Assembly: GCA_044892505.1 (NCBI GenBank)
Contig: CM097882.1
Span: 547,274,001-547,338,000, forward strand
DNA: 64,000 nucleotides
Reading direction: 5' to 3'
Source: Schmidtea nova
Lineage: Eukaryota
Made by a program: the position numbers and the translations under genes. Under the pieces are notes generated by a model. The model was given only the letters and a program-made list of their open reading frames with translations, did no database searches and was not told the DNA's origin. Shown here piece after piece: positions 26,241 to 39,229 of the stretch. Each line of letters opens with the position of its first letter. Position 1 is the stretch's first letter.

Positions 26241-27128
26241 TGTTAGAGTTTGTCTAAATAGGTATAAAATAAAATAAAATGCAAATCGATAAAGATAGCA
26301 AAATTCAAAAAGTAACAAATAAAGTGCTAAAAATAATTTTAAAAATTAGAAATCAATATTTTTCCGGGGATATGGGCTTGGATGGATGCAAAATGATAAG
26401 ATGAATCAAAATATAACTAAATAAAATCAATGTGAGTCCCCTGAAAAAGATATTAAAAATAAAAGATAATTAAAAACTTAATTAACTAATGGATAACATG
26501 AACTATTGAGAAACCCGAGCTAATGGAAAACAAGAGCAGTATGAGAAACCTGAGTTGTCAATAAAATAATTCAATTAATTGTATGGAAACCGTGAGCTAA
26601 AGGAAAACCCGAGAAATATGAGAAACGTTTATTGTCAGTAAATTAATTTATTTGTTTTAGCCAAATTACTTGATAATGGGAATCCCGTGAGAAGTATAAA
26701 ACTCAAATTATTAACAATGACACAAGAGAGACGCCTGCCAAAAATCAAATCAATATTGAAGAAAGAAATCACTAAGAAAGTGGAGAGAAAATTTTAAAAA
26801 TTGATAGTTGGTTAAAAATAGAAGTTTTTATTAAGCAATCAAGCTAAATGTTTTTAAAAGAAAAAACCAAAGTTATTTATTCAAATTGATCAAAGAGTAA
26901 TTAGAGACAAAAAAGTACAGTATGGTAAAGTAAATCAATCAGGAGAGAATATAGAAAGCGTACAAAAGAAAGCATACAATGAAAAGTTCAGAAAAAACTT
27001 AAAGTGTTATATTGACAGTGATTGTAGTAAAATTTAAATAAATTTATTGTGTTGATTGTTGTTGTATTTTGAAACAAAAATCACGTGAAGTCAGAGCTTT
27101 AATACCGACTTTCATAAATAACCCAACA
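26241..27128 (+). mobile_element. Probable solo LTR (TGTTAG...ATAACCCAACA)
   Basis: Ends and internal layout resemble 36598-37457; TSD not clean. Confidence 0.5.
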
Positions 27129-27632
27129 AAATTTTTTTTATTATTATTAAACTTTTAATAAATAGCGTTTTTTCTTTTAATTTAAAATATAATTTATATA
27201 TTTACGCTTTCATTTTTCTTTTATCTTTTAGTAATTCAATAAATGAACAAAACAAAAATATAAACAAATAAAAGTTAATATAGTTCAATGGCGGAACTTC
27301 AGAATTTAGACCCGACCCGCAAAAAATATATTTTACCAATTTTTTTATTTAATAAATAAAAAAATACATGTATTAAATATTTATTTCAGATATCATTAAC
27401 AAATTTAAAATAGAAATAACATAAAAAACTTAAGTCTTTAATTACTAAAATCTTTCCTTTTCGATTTCATATTGGCAAAGTCAGTAATGATGTTTTTCAT
27501 TTCCATTTTTTCAGCAGATTTTGCCTCAATAGAAAGGATTGCAAGATTGCTTAAAGTTTAAGCTTTTTCGAAATTAAAAATAATTTTTTATTATTAAAAA
27601 ACTCGACACAGTAAATCACATATATTATTATA

Positions 27633-27832
27633 CAGGCATACCCCTATTAATGTCGTTAATTGGTTCCAAGAAAACACGACGTTAGGTGAAACAACGTTGG
27701 GGGGTAGTTATTATAGTTCAAAACATAAGAAATACATACAAAATATCATATATATATATATATGTGTGTGAAATTTTATCACAAAGTATCATTAAATACA
27801 TAATATAAACGACGTTAATAGGGGTATACCTG
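27633..27832. mobile_element. 200-bp Tc1/Tigger-type MITE
   Basis: 23-bp TIRs CAGG(C/T)ATACCCCTATTAA(T/C)GTCG and TA TSD. Confidence 0.9.
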
Positions 27833-28967
27833 TAATATAAAGCAATTAATATGTTATATCCGCACTAACTTTAACTGTAGACACAAAAAATTTAAACTAT
27901 TAATAAAACTCTAATTTATTATTTGTGAAAATTCACTATTTGTCCACAACGATTAAAATAAAACGTATTTCTGTTGATAATTTTGAAATTATAGTACTTT
28001 CAATAATAAGACTCTATGAAAAGACAGAAGAAAACATTTTCAAGCAAAAAAACAACTGAATTACTAGGTATATTTGTTTCAAATTAAATCGTAGCTAACT
28101 AGATTTGTTTGAAAGTTAAACGAATTTTGAATTTATTTTTGTTTTCTTTTTTTCAATTCTTGGTAATTTTTGCTATTGGAGAAGTTTCTCTAATGTATTT
28201 AATATTTGTGGGCCCAGTGCGATTGCACTTGTTGCACTTGCGATAGTACGGCGTTGTGTAATCGAAATATTTTAAGTTTATTTTTAAAATAAAATAAGCA
28301 ATTTTAACAAAATATTGGACTGAACCTCGACTATAGAGAAAAACTTTAAGCAAATTAATTTTATTGGTTTATTCACTTTTTGGCCATTTTTCAATTTGGC
28401 ATATGAAATAAAAATATATGTGACGTGTTATAAGTGTCCCATTTTAATGAAGCGAAATTTATAATTGAAATTAATTTTTTTTTATTGAGAAATTTTTTTT
28501 AAATGAAAATAGATCAACAAAGATTTTTAAGTATAAGGACAATTTTTCTATAATCTTTTTAGCCAAACTTTTTATTTTATTTATTATTGTACTTGAACAA
28601 TGAAAATGTACATAAAAAACCTGAGTCAAAATGCCATACATTGATATATTATTTAAAACTTCTTTACGCATACTAACTCACAAGATTTTTGTAAAAATCA
28701 TAGCCATTTCATCAACATTCTGTATTCATAGATTAATTCTTAAAAGTATTATAATTATTGTCCTATGAAATTAATCTAAACTATAATGAAATTAATTATC
28801 ATTTTCACTTGTAATATTTGTTGAGGTTCTTAGAATCTCAACTTGGCATCTTATATAAATAAATAAGACAACACTAATTAAAAGATTTATTAATAATAAT
28901 AACAGTTACAATTACCTGGGTAAATATTACAACTTCAATGTTAAATATGTTTTTTATTATTTATATA

Positions 28968-29964
28968 TATTATGGTCTTGGTGAGGTTGTTGTTTATGTT
29001 TTTAATTTGTTGCGTGTGAAGGTGGAGGAGATTGGTAGAACCCGAGAGAGTCAGACGTTAACAATGTGTCGACACTCGGGGTGTGTGCTGTGTATTGTGG
29101 TTACAGATATGATATAATATAAAAATATAAAAAGTATATAAATTATACTAAAATTAACAGCACTATTTTTTTTATAACAAATATTTATTAATAACAAAAT
29201 GATAAAAAACCACGAAATGTTACTTTTTTTTGGAAAAATAACTTGGGAAAATAACTTGGGAAAATAACTTGGATGATGGCTGATTTGCTATTATTCTATT
29301 TATATTGTTATTATTGGTTGAAAATGAATATTTGCTAGCAATGGGATCAATTGGCTTTGTTTGTGATTTCTTTTATCCTGAGTAATGATATTGGATGGAA
29401 AAATATTTGATAGGAATGGGATAAACTGGCTTTATTTGAGTTTTCTTTTATCCTGAGTTAGGATATTGGATGGGAAAATATTTGATGGGAAAGGAATCTT
29501 CTTTGGTAAATTTCTTTTACGGCTTACAATAAATTTTTAACAATTTTCTTTTCAGATTCTTCCTTAGTAATCTTTTGGATTAATTTGAATTAATTTCGCT
29601 TATAATTCTTTTGAATTAATTTTTTTTTCATAATTTTTAAATCCATTATTTCAATTATTCAATTTGGCTTACTATAGCTTTTGCTATAGCAAGCCAAATT
29701 TGAATTTTAAATGAATTATTATAAAGTTGATGATAATAATAATAATAAAAAATCCACCTTCGAAAGAAAAAAAAAGGGGGGGCCCCGGTGACCGCAAGGG
29801 CACCGTCCATAGTAATGACGGCGCTTACCATATGTTAAACGGATAACTACATAAAAATAAAAATAAAATATAACATTCACATATATACAAACATTCCGTA
29901 TAATCATTCTGTGTAATCATGATCACACAAATAATCGTGGCTGGCAAAATTTTCACACACCACA
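28968..29964 (-). repeat. 3' LTR
   Basis: Direct repeat of 34520-35516; starts TGTGG on the minus strand. Confidence 0.95.
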
Positions 29965-29965
29965 C

Positions 29966-29978
29966 AACTTCCCCCTTT
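29966..29978 (-). other. Polypurine tract AAAGGGGGAAGTT
   Basis: Purine run immediately upstream of the 3' LTR. Confidence 0.85.
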
Positions 29979-30197
29979 AAAACCGGAGGTTAACAAATAG
30001 AACGAAAAATTTACAGGTTAACAATGTTGACAACTTGTTTTTGTTTTTGTTGTTTTGTTTTATTTTGTTTTGTTTTTGTATTTGTTTTGTTGTTTATAAC
30101 GTCTTAACTATAACTTTTACATATTTACACAAAAAATAAAAACTGTACATTTCGCTGTGTTGTGCTTGTGTTTTTCTCGTGTATGTTTGTGTATTTT

Positions 30198-33100
30198 TTA
30201 TTTGAGGCATTCACTGTAGCGTTTTTTGTAAAGGGGTGTGATTATTGTGTCCTTGTCGAACAGTTTTATCGAGTTTTTGGAGTTGAATGTGATGTGTTTG
30301 TGTTTCGGTTGAGTTTTTAGTTCTGCCGGGGCTTTTTCTTTTGTGGGGTTGTTTAATGTGTTTCGGTTGTTGTGGTACGGTTTTATTCGTCTTAGATTAA
30401 CTCTTGTTTTGATGTTGTCTTTTATTATTGTTGCTACGTTTTTGTTAACCTCGAGCAGTTTGAATGGGCCTTCGTATTTTGGTTCGAAACCGTTGGTGAA
30501 GGGCTTTTTGATTAAAACGTAGTCTGTCGTTAGAACTACTTTTCCGTCCATTTCAGAGTTTTCTCTTTTTTTTAAGATTCCCTTTAGTTTGTTTTCCATT
30601 GATTTGTTTATTTCGGTTTCTTTTCTGCTTTGACTGTCAGTTTTCAGTGATGGTAAATTTGTTGATTTACCAAATACCTTGTGTGCGGGACTTTCATTGT
30701 CAGTTGAATTAGGACAATTTCTCAATCCTATTAGTATTGTGGGTAGTTGTTTTAACCAATTCTGATCGTTGGCTTTGGTTCTAATGATTTCTTTCAGCGT
30801 TCGGTGAAACCTTTCTATCTTTCCATTTGATTGTGGATTGTAGGCTGTTGTTCGGTTTCTTTTAATGTTGTATTTGTTGCAAAGAACCTTGAACATTTCG
30901 GATTCGAATTGTCTGCCTTGATCAGTTATAATTGTTTTTGGTTGGCCGTAGCGAGCTATCCAATTTAATTCTATCATTTCGCAAATATTTTTGGCTGTGA
31001 TTTCCTTTAAGGGTATTACCTCGAACCAATTAGTTTTTCTGTCTATAATTGTCAGTAAATATTTGTTGTCGTTATTTGGTGGAAGTGGTCCTACAATGTC
31101 CGTGTGAATTGTTTCAAAAGCTTGGCTGCTTGGAAAATTCACTTTTTGAGTTTTGAGTTTTTTTGAGGTTTTGTTTAGTTGACAATTTAGACAACTTTTT
31201 ACGAAATTCTTTATATCGGTTCTCATGTTGGGCCATACATAATTGTTATGTATTAGTTCGTATGTAGTTTTGTTTCCCGGGTGATTTATTGTATGTATCT
31301 TTTCAATGCATCCTTTTCGGAATTCTTCTGGGAGTAATATTCGTTTGTTGGTTTCATTTGATACGTCGTACCATATTCCGTCGTGTTCCTGAAGTTTCAG
31401 GCTATGTTTTGTAGGTAGTTTCCTTATTGTTTCGGGTTGCTTAGGTTTAATTTGTTCTATTTCTATTATTTCCCCGAATTCTAAGGAGTTTATGTCGCTT
31501 TCTATTCTAGATAGTGCATCTGCTGCGACGTTAGATTTTCCAGCTACATAATTTATCGTGCAATTGAATTGGGAAATAAAATTCAATTGTCGGATTTGTC
31601 TTGGCGATGGATTCTTCATCGCGATTGCATTTATTAAGGGTTTGTGGTCCGTATATATTTTAAAAGTTTGTCCTTCTAACAAGTGTTGGAAATGTTTGAT
31701 TGCATCATGTATTGCTAGGAGTTCTCTGTCAAAAGTCGAATATCTGATTTGATGTGACTTTAGTTTTTTTGAGAAGAATCCTATTGGTTGTCTTCCAAAT
31801 TGATTGTCCTGATAAATTGTTGCGCCCATTGCGAATCCTGAGCAATCTGTTGTTAGTTGGTATTCCAAATTTGGGTCTGGATATCCGAGTAATGTTGCTT
31901 GTGATAGGCTTTCTTTAGCTTTTTCGAATCCTTCGGTTGTCTGTTGAGTCCAATTTATTTTGACATCTCGTTTTGTTTTTATTATGTCGTTTAGTGGAGC
32001 CAATAATTTGCTACAGTTTGGAATATAAGAGTGGTAAAAGTTTACCATTCCCAGGAATCTTCGCAATTCCCTAGTGGTCATTGGCAGTTTGTAATTTTTA
32101 ATGTTGCTTATTTTGTTTCCGATTGGTTGTGTTCCTTTTTCATTTAGCGTATGTCCAAGGAAGTTTATTTCGGGTTTCATGAATTCGCACTTTTGTGCGT
32201 TGATTTTTAGTTTTGCCTTTTTTAGTGTCTCGAAAACGTTTTTTATGTCGTTTAAGTGCCTTTCCTTGTCTGGGCTGGTTATTAATATATCATCCAGGTA
32301 GGCGATTGTGTTTTTGTTGCTTTTCAATGTTTGATCCATGAATCGTTGGAAAGTTGCTGCTGCATTTCGTAGACCGAAAGGCATTCGATTGTATTCAAAC
32401 ATTCCAACCGGTGTTGTTATTGCAGTCTTTTTTATGTCTTCTTTCCTTATTGGGATCTGATGATATGCTTTTTGCAGATCTATTTTTGAAAAGTATTTTG
32501 CGCCCTTTATTCGATTAATTATGTCTTTTATAATTGGTAATGGGTAGCTGTCTGGTTCTGTTATTTTGTTTAGTAGTCTGTAATCGCCACATGCTCTCCA
32601 TTCACCGTTTGCTTTTTGTTTCAGCATCAATGCTGAAGACCATTCTGAGTTAGAATGTTTCACAATATTATTTTCTAACAGTTCGCTGAAAATGTTTTTT
32701 GTGATTTCTATCTTTTTGGGATCTAGTGGTCTTACTTTTGCGTGTACCGGATTGCCGTTTGTGATTATGGCGTGTTCGGTTGTTTTTTCAGAGTCGTCGT
32801 TGAATTGGACGGGTTCCGTTAATTCTTTGAATCGTTCTAGAATTTTGTCGATTTCCGGTATGTTTTTAATCGGGTTTGTTTTGTTTTTTATGTTTGTTGT
32901 AACTACTCCAATGTCTATCTTTGGACTTTGTCCGTTGCTCGTGTTGCGTTGTGGAGTTGCAGCATTAGTGTTTTCTATTATTTGCTTGTTTTTGCAATCT
33001 ACTAGAAGGTTGTAATTTGTTAGGAAATCTGCTCCTATTATAGCTTGTTGAACTTCGGCTATCGTGAATGTCCACTTGTAAGTTTTGTTGTTTATTGTTA

Positions 33101-34265
33101 GGTTTATATCCTGTTCACCAAACGTATTTATGTTGGATCCATTGGCTGCGGTAAGTAGTTTGTTCTGATTTTTTGTATTTTTGTATAAAATATGTGGTAG
33201 TAGCGATATCACTGAACCTGTGTCCACTAGGAATTCTATTTTATTTGAACATACTGAAAAAGTTGTATGTTTATTGTCGAATGTAGGTGCTACTACTGGT
33301 AATGTTTTCAGTTTATCTGTATTTGTTTCGCCAAATGTAGGAGCAACTAATGGCAAACTTTTCAATTTTTCTGTGTTTTTTTCGTTGTATCTACATGGTT
33401 TTGTGCATCTGAATGCTTTTTCTCCAAATTTGCAATGGAAGTAACACCATTCTTGGTTTGATAATCTAATTTCTGGTTTCCAGAATTTTTGTCTATTTCC
33501 AGATCCTTTATTTTTATTGTTGTAAAAGTTTTGGTGTTGGTTTCCTGAGTTTGTTTTTGGCCTATTGAGCATGTACGATATTTGATTTGGACAGTAGTTT
33601 TGTTTTAGATTTTTTTCTTTAATTTCTTTTAGTTCTGATTTGAACCTTTTATTTTCAGTTGCAATTTTGTCAAGTTGACTTATCAAGTTATTTAGGATTT
33701 TATTTGTTTCGTTAAATTCTGTTTTTTCGTCTTCATTCTCATCTTGTTCATGGTTCAGTATTTTGTTTTTGTAGTCATGAGTACTATTAATACTGGGGTA
33801 AACTCCTGCATTTATTTTATCGACCATGTCTGTCCACCTTTTATTTTCGGTTTCATTGTTTTTAGTTGCTAATGTTTGGCATGATCTCCGTTCATTTACA
33901 TCAATGTTTGCTAATATTGTTTGGTCGTACTCAAAATTCTGTTTTAGTGGACTTGAAAGATTATTTTGGGTATTATCCTTTTGTTTGTTGTTTGTAAAAG
34001 GTTCCTGTATTTCTTTTTTGTTTGATTCGTCCCTATTTGCTAATATGCTGCACAGTTTTTCAAATGGGTTATTGCAATTGAAAATTGTGTCTATTTGATC
34101 CGCAATTGATTTGTGTATATTGCTTGGGAGTGCTGTGAATATTTGTGAGCATATTAGTCTTGATGAGGTTATCCCGCTCAAGGTTAATGTCAATTTGGCT
34201 AGTTTCAACCATGTTTGCACCGAACCTTCTTCGTTGATAAAAAAATTTGGGATTGGGTTAATCAT
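30198..34265 (-). CDS. Gag-Pol polyprotein (gag with CHCC finger, aspartic protease, RT, RNase H, integrase), 1355 aa, uninterrupted
   Basis: CYFHCKFGEKAFRCTKPC (CX2HX9CX3C); FLVDTGS; WRACGDYRLLN, MPFGLRN, YLDD; TTDCS, YTDHKPL; HHCC, HTDIVGP, TDQGRQF, KIERFH; PKYEGPF. Confidence 0.97.
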   Translation of the reverse strand: MINPIPNFFINEEGSVQTWLKLAKLTLTLSGITSSRLICSQIFTALPSNIHKSIADQIDTIFNCNNPFEKLCSILANRDESNKKEIQEPFTNNKQKDNTQNNLSSPLKQNFEYDQTILANIDVNERRSCQTLATKNNETENKRWTDMVDKINAGVYPSINSTHDYKNKILNHEQDENEDEKTEFNETNKILNNLISQLDKIATENKRFKSELKEIKEKNLKQNYCPNQISYMLNRPKTNSGNQHQNFYNNKNKGSGNRQKFWKPEIRLSNQEWCYFHCKFGEKAFRCTKPCRYNEKNTEKLKSLPLVAPTFGETNTDKLKTLPVVAPTFDNKHTTFSVCSNKIEFLVDTGSVISLLPHILYKNTKNQNKLLTAANGSNINTFGEQDINLTINNKTYKWTFTIAEVQQAIIGADFLTNYNLLVDCKNKQIIENTNAATPQRNTSNGQSPKIDIGVVTTNIKNKTNPIKNIPEIDKILERFKELTEPVQFNDDSEKTTEHAIITNGNPVHAKVRPLDPKKIEITKNIFSELLENNIVKHSNSEWSSALMLKQKANGEWRACGDYRLLNKITEPDSYPLPIIKDIINRIKGAKYFSKIDLQKAYHQIPIRKEDIKKTAITTPVGMFEYNRMPFGLRNAAATFQRFMDQTLKSNKNTIAYLDDILITSPDKERHLNDIKNVFETLKKAKLKINAQKCEFMKPEINFLGHTLNEKGTQPIGNKISNIKNYKLPMTTRELRRFLGMVNFYHSYIPNCSKLLAPLNDIIKTKRDVKINWTQQTTEGFEKAKESLSQATLLGYPDPNLEYQLTTDCSGFAMGATIYQDNQFGRQPIGFFSKKLKSHQIRYSTFDRELLAIHDAIKHFQHLLEGQTFKIYTDHKPLINAIAMKNPSPRQIRQLNFISQFNCTINYVAGKSNVAADALSRIESDINSLEFGEIIEIEQIKPKQPETIRKLPTKHSLKLQEHDGIWYDVSNETNKRILLPEEFRKGCIEKIHTINHPGNKTTYELIHNNYVWPNMRTDIKNFVKSCLNCQLNKTSKKLKTQKVNFPSSQAFETIHTDIVGPLPPNNDNKYLLTIIDRKTNWFEVIPLKEITAKNICEMIELNWIARYGQPKTIITDQGRQFESEMFKVLCNKYNIKRNRTTAYNPQSNGKIERFHRTLKEIIRTKANDQNWLKQLPTILIGLRNCPNSTDNESPAHKVFGKSTNLPSLKTDSQSRKETEINKSMENKLKGILKKRENSEMDGKVVLTTDYVLIKKPFTNGFEPKYEGPFKLLEVNKNVATIIKDNIKTRVNLRRIKPYHNNRNTLNNPTKEKAPAELKTQPKHKHITFNSKNSIKLFDKDTIITPLYKKRYSECLK

Positions 34266-34504
34266 TGCATTAATTGTGTTGTCAATGAGTGTTTGTATGG
34301 TATTTGAGTTTGTTCGATTTGATGCCCTTTGATTTGTATTGTTGTTTGTTATGTTGTTTTTTTATGTGAAAAAAATGAGCTTGACTGAAGGATATAGCCT
34401 ACTGTGTTCGGCTAAAAGAGACGTTAATCCTTATACCTCTATAATAGGTATGCTAAAGGCGTTAACGCTTGAAAAAAACGGCGAGTGTGTGTGTGTGTGT
34501 GTTG

Positions 34505-34517
34505 ACTTCTGACACCA
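34505..34517 (-). other. Primer-binding site TGGTGTCAGAAGT (complementary to the 3' end of tRNA-Leu)
   Basis: 2 nt downstream of the 5' LTR; matches the ...ACUUCUGACACCA end of metazoan tRNA-Leu CAA/CAG. Confidence 0.8.
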
Positions 34518-34519
34518 GT

Positions 34520-35516
34520 TATTATGGTCTTGGTGAGGTTGTTGTTTATGTTTTTAATTTGTTGCGTGTGAAGGTGGAGGAGATTGGTAGAACCCGAGAG
34601 AGTCAGACGTTAACAATGTGTCGACACTCGGGGTGTGTGCTGTGTATTGTGGTTACAGATATGATATAATATAAAAATATAAAAAGTATATAAATTATAC
34701 TAAAATTAACAGCACTATTTTTTTTATAACAAATATTTATTAATAACAAAATGATAAAAAACCACGAAATGTTACTTTTTTTTGGAAAAATAACTTGGGA
34801 AAATAACTTGGGAAAATAACTTGGATGATGGCTGATTTGCTATTATTCTATTTATATTGTTATTATTGGTTGAAAATGAATATTTGCTAGCAATGGGATC
34901 AATTGGCTTTGTTTGTGATTTCTTTTATCCTGAGTAATGATATTGGATGGAAAAATATTTGATAGGAATGGGATAAACTGGCTTTATTTGAGTTTTCTTT
35001 TATCCTGAGTTAGGATATTGGATGGGAAAATATTTGATGGGAAAGGAATCTTCTTTGGTAAATTTCTTTTACGGCTTACAATAAATTTTTAACAATTTTC
35101 TTTTCAGATTCTTCCTTAGTAATCTTTTGGATTAATTTGAATTAATTTCGCTTATAATTCTTTTGAATTAATTTTTTTTTCATAATTTTTAAATCCATTA
35201 TTTCAATTATTCAATTTGGCTTACTATAGCTTTTGCTATAGCAAGCCAAATTTGAATTTTAAATGAATTATTATAAAGTTGATGATAATAATAATAATAA
35301 AAAATCCACCTTCGAAAGAAAAAAAAAGGGGGGGCCCCGGTGACCGCAAGGGCACCGTCCATAGTAATGACGGCGCTTACCATATGTTAAACGGATAACT
35401 ACATAAAAATAAAAATAAAATATAACATTCACATATATACAAACATTCCGTATAATCATTCTGTGTAATCATGATCACACAAATAATCGTGGCTGGCAAA
35501 ATTTTCACACACCACA
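34520..35516 (-). repeat. 5' LTR
   Basis: Direct repeat of 28968-29964. Confidence 0.95.
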
Positions 35517-36597
35517 ATATATGTATGCGTGTGTGTGTGTGCTCGAATGTGATTCTGAGCTCGATATATTGCATGCTCGAATTTAATTTTCAATAGTTGA
35601 TAACAACTATAAAATTCTTCTTAAGCAAAGATTTTATGGATGGGTTTTGACTGAATAATCAGTGAGTTTATATATTAATTTTTAATTCACTTAATCTGTC
35701 AATAACGTTTGTTATTTTTCTACTTGAGTAGATTGAAATTGTTTTCAAAGCAGAATTATTTTTTAACCTTGGAATATTATTTCATTTTGCTGACCTTTGT
35801 AGGTCATAAATATAATTTATTTAAACAAACAATAATTTATTTAAACAATCAGTGTTATTTATTTATTTTATTTTTATTATTATCATTAATTTTGTTGAAT
35901 TAAAATATTGAAATCTAAATCAAAATATAAACTATTTTCCAAATAGTTAAAAAAAAATTAATATACATAAAAATATTTTCAAAACAGAATATTCTTTCAA
36001 AATTAAATAAAAGTTTATCATTAATTGTGTCCACCGCCATAAAATAAAAGAAAGTCAATACATGTTCGCTAGATCACAAATTGATAAATTATCATAATTA
36101 TTGTCAAAAATTAATTGTTAACTGATTCATTGATTGATCTTGATTGCCGTCCACATATAAATTTATTCTATATTTTCTTTCTTCCTATTCTGTAGCCTTC
36201 ATTAATTTCATATAAGCTGACTGCTTTTCCTGTTTCTAACATATATAAACTATAACTGGGCGAATAACAATTGATAAACCCTGTATTGGCAATGTGATAT
36301 ATAACGTCTAATAATAAATAAAGCTTTAATTTTTAAGAAAATTTTGTTATAATAATAAATTCAAATTGAAAAATGATATTTTGTTTTGAAAAAACTATAT
36401 CACACCTGATTCCCTTCAATTTGGTTTTCGATAATTTTATAATAAATTACATAAATTTATTGGTCGCGTTGGCTCCTTAAAAATAATAAGAATTAATAAA
36501 TTCAAAATAAAAATAATATTTTGAATGCAATTGGATATGAATTGATGCCGGGAGTTTCAGAGTGTATGCTAGTGTTCCTGAGCATTAAAGTTAAATC

Positions 36598-37457
36598 TGT
36601 TGGGGTTACTATTTAAATCAGAAAAGTAAATTCCAAACTCAATAAATAATGTTAAAATCAAAGAAAAATATCAAAAATAACTAATAATGCAAAGATTAAT
36701 TAAAAGTTATCAAAAAGAATAATTATTAATATTAATCGGAGGAAATTTGTATGATTAAATGCCAAATCAAAAGACGAATCTAATAATAATAAAAGTTGAT
36801 TGAGGGATTCCCAGAGAATGTTATATTAAAACTATTTAATTAATCGCTCAATGGAAGGCCAGAGTCAATTGCAAGCCCGAGACAATGGGAAGACTGCGGC
36901 AATGGAAAACCTGAGTGATGAGGAAAACCCGGAGCGCAGAAAGACTCAGGAGATCTAAAATAAAATAAGATAACACCCATCCGGGTACTAGTGATATATG
37001 GGCAGTTTTATTTGTTATTGTCCTAATAAAACTCAAAGATTTCCAGATGTTTTAGATAATTATTTTCTCAATGATGGTATAAGAAGAGAGGGGAAACGAA
37101 ACGAGCCGCCATTTTGTTGAAAAGAGTCAAAGTAAAATATTGAGTTAAGGAAATTTAAGGGAGATAAGAAGCGATTATAATAAAAATTTATTCAATTAAA
37201 CATACCGAAAAAGACGATTGATTACCCATTGGGTTATCTGCCTTTATGTTAAATCAAATTAATAAACGAAAAAAGTGCAAATTAATGAAATTTGTAAAAT
37301 TGTATTGATTCAGTAAATTGTAATTAAAGACAAATTTTAATTTGTTGTAACATTCAAGTAAAATTATTCTGTGTTTGATATTATTGATTTTGAAATAAAT
37401 AAAAGGACACGGAGTCAGAGTTGAACTGATCTATTGTTTAAATAAAATAACCCAACA
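36598..37457 (+). mobile_element. Solo LTR, 860 bp
   Basis: TGTTGGGGTTA...TAACCCAACA inverted termini; 4-bp TSD AATC on both sides; AATAAA near the 3' end. Confidence 0.8.
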
Positions 37458-37639
37458 AATCGTTCTAATCAGATAAACCTTCATTTGAAGGCATGTTGGG
37501 CCGTTTTAGTGTTATATCGAAATGGTATATGAAACAACTTCAACAAATAGCGATATGAGATGCACATCGGCAAATAGTAGTAAGAAGAATAGTAATAATG
37601 TGTTGGTGTGTTACGGGTTGTTATGAAATTATTTTTGTT

Positions 37640-37900
37640 TTTTAGGGATGACTACAACTCATATTCCATCACAAAATGGTAAACTACCACACTCTTGTAC
37701 CTATAGCTACTCTCCGACTAACTATGTTAGTACTTTACACGGTGGCAAGAATCTAGTAAGCAGGTCAGCTTCGTTACCAAAATTACTCCTCACTATATTT
37801 TCTCTTTCGGGTTCCTGCTGCCGATTAAAGGAGTTATGCATCTACTTCCTTTACGTTCCAGTTGCACGTTTAAATCTCAGCTTTTTATCACCTCATTCTA
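37640..37900 (-). pseudogene. Possible APE endonuclease fragment of a non-LTR retrotransposon
   Basis: Frameshifted KLRF..(A)TWNVK motif and a later VQE; heavily degraded. Confidence 0.3.
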
Positions 37901-39229
37901 TCTTCGATTTATCCTTATTCATTCTTTAAGATTTTTTATATATAGCCTTTTTTAACTCCGTTAGGTTTAATTTACACTTGTATTCTTAATTTTCCTTTCC
38001 TCTTTGCCCAAATTTAATTATCAATAATTTTAGTATGTTCTCACCGCGCCCGCGCAACTCCGAAGAATTTCTAACAGTACGGCTATCACCCTTGTGACCA
38101 TAAACCACAGAGGACGCATCTAATTATTTTATGTGTAAAGTTTAATCGGGAATCATGATAATATTTAATAAACACCAAATAACAATTCAAACTTTTTATT
38201 AGACACCATTAAAATTTATTAAAACTTCCAATTACGCAAAACAAAACATACCTGAATAAACTAACAGTAAATCGTTCTCCTTGAACAACCAAATAACTAG
38301 TGCTGGCTGATGGAACCATTCTCAAAAGCAAAATAAAACTGACTGTCCGCAAATATTTTGGTTTCAAAGAGATGATCTTTCAACGCCTATATATACTATC
38401 TTTGAGTGGATGTATGTCCACTACCGATACGGGGTTGCTACACAATTGTTAGTCAAACTGTAGGTATGCGCATCGAAGTATGAGGCCGGAGCTGGAAAGG
38501 ATGATTCAAACAACGATAGGCCTTATTTCTCTGAATTCTTAAGCTGTTGAGAGTAGTTGTACCCTTTAAAAGTAAAATTTCTCTAAAGTTTCAGAAAGAA
38601 TATCATAGCAATTCTTTGTGAAGATATTTCAAAAATTCTCAAAAGGGTGTAATTATACTGAAAATAGTATCTCTATTTATACCATTCTTTTCAGCAATTA
38701 ATTTATTTGATGCAATAAAACAGAAACTTACAGAAATCATTTTTATTTTATTTTAAAAAATAATTATTTTATTTTTACTAAAATAACTTTATATTTTTCT
38801 ACATAAAATTTTAATCTATACTTTAATAAATTTTATTTATATAAAGATTTTATACTTAACATTAATTTTTACTACTTTAATTTTTGTTTAATTTTTACTA
38901 TTTAATTTAGCATTTTTCTTATTCTTGATTTTGTTTTAATTAATCTTTCCACATGTTTTTATTCATTTAGTTTCTTAGTGTCTGCTCAGATATTTGAGTA
39001 TATTTCTTGCGTGGTCTCTACGTGTTATATTGCCGCTTGCTGTTAAATCAATTGGATTCAGTTTATGTCCAAGAGTTGGTTAAAAAATATAGTTTTTGAA
39101 AACTATTAAAATACTGTAAAATAGATATAAGAATTCGTAATTTAATTTGGTTAATTATTTTGTTGATATATTCGGTTTATTATATATTCATATATAAAAA
39201 TGAATGTGAATAACAATTTAAATTATAAT

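Larger units (their letters stand above)
28968..35516 (-). mobile_element. Full-length Ty3/Gypsy LTR retrotransposon, CsRn1-like
   Basis: Two 997-bp LTRs (28968-29964, 34520-35516; offset 5552, identical 62-aa ORFs in the track); ATATA on both flanks; PBS and PPT; single gag-pol ORF. Confidence 0.97.

Noticed and set aside
28153-28353. RKCNKCNRTG as a zinc knuckle
   Set aside because: His and the last Cys are missing; no supporting context
31558-34669. Plus-strand ORFs inside the Gypsy element
   Set aside because: Antisense shadows of gag-pol or LTR sequence
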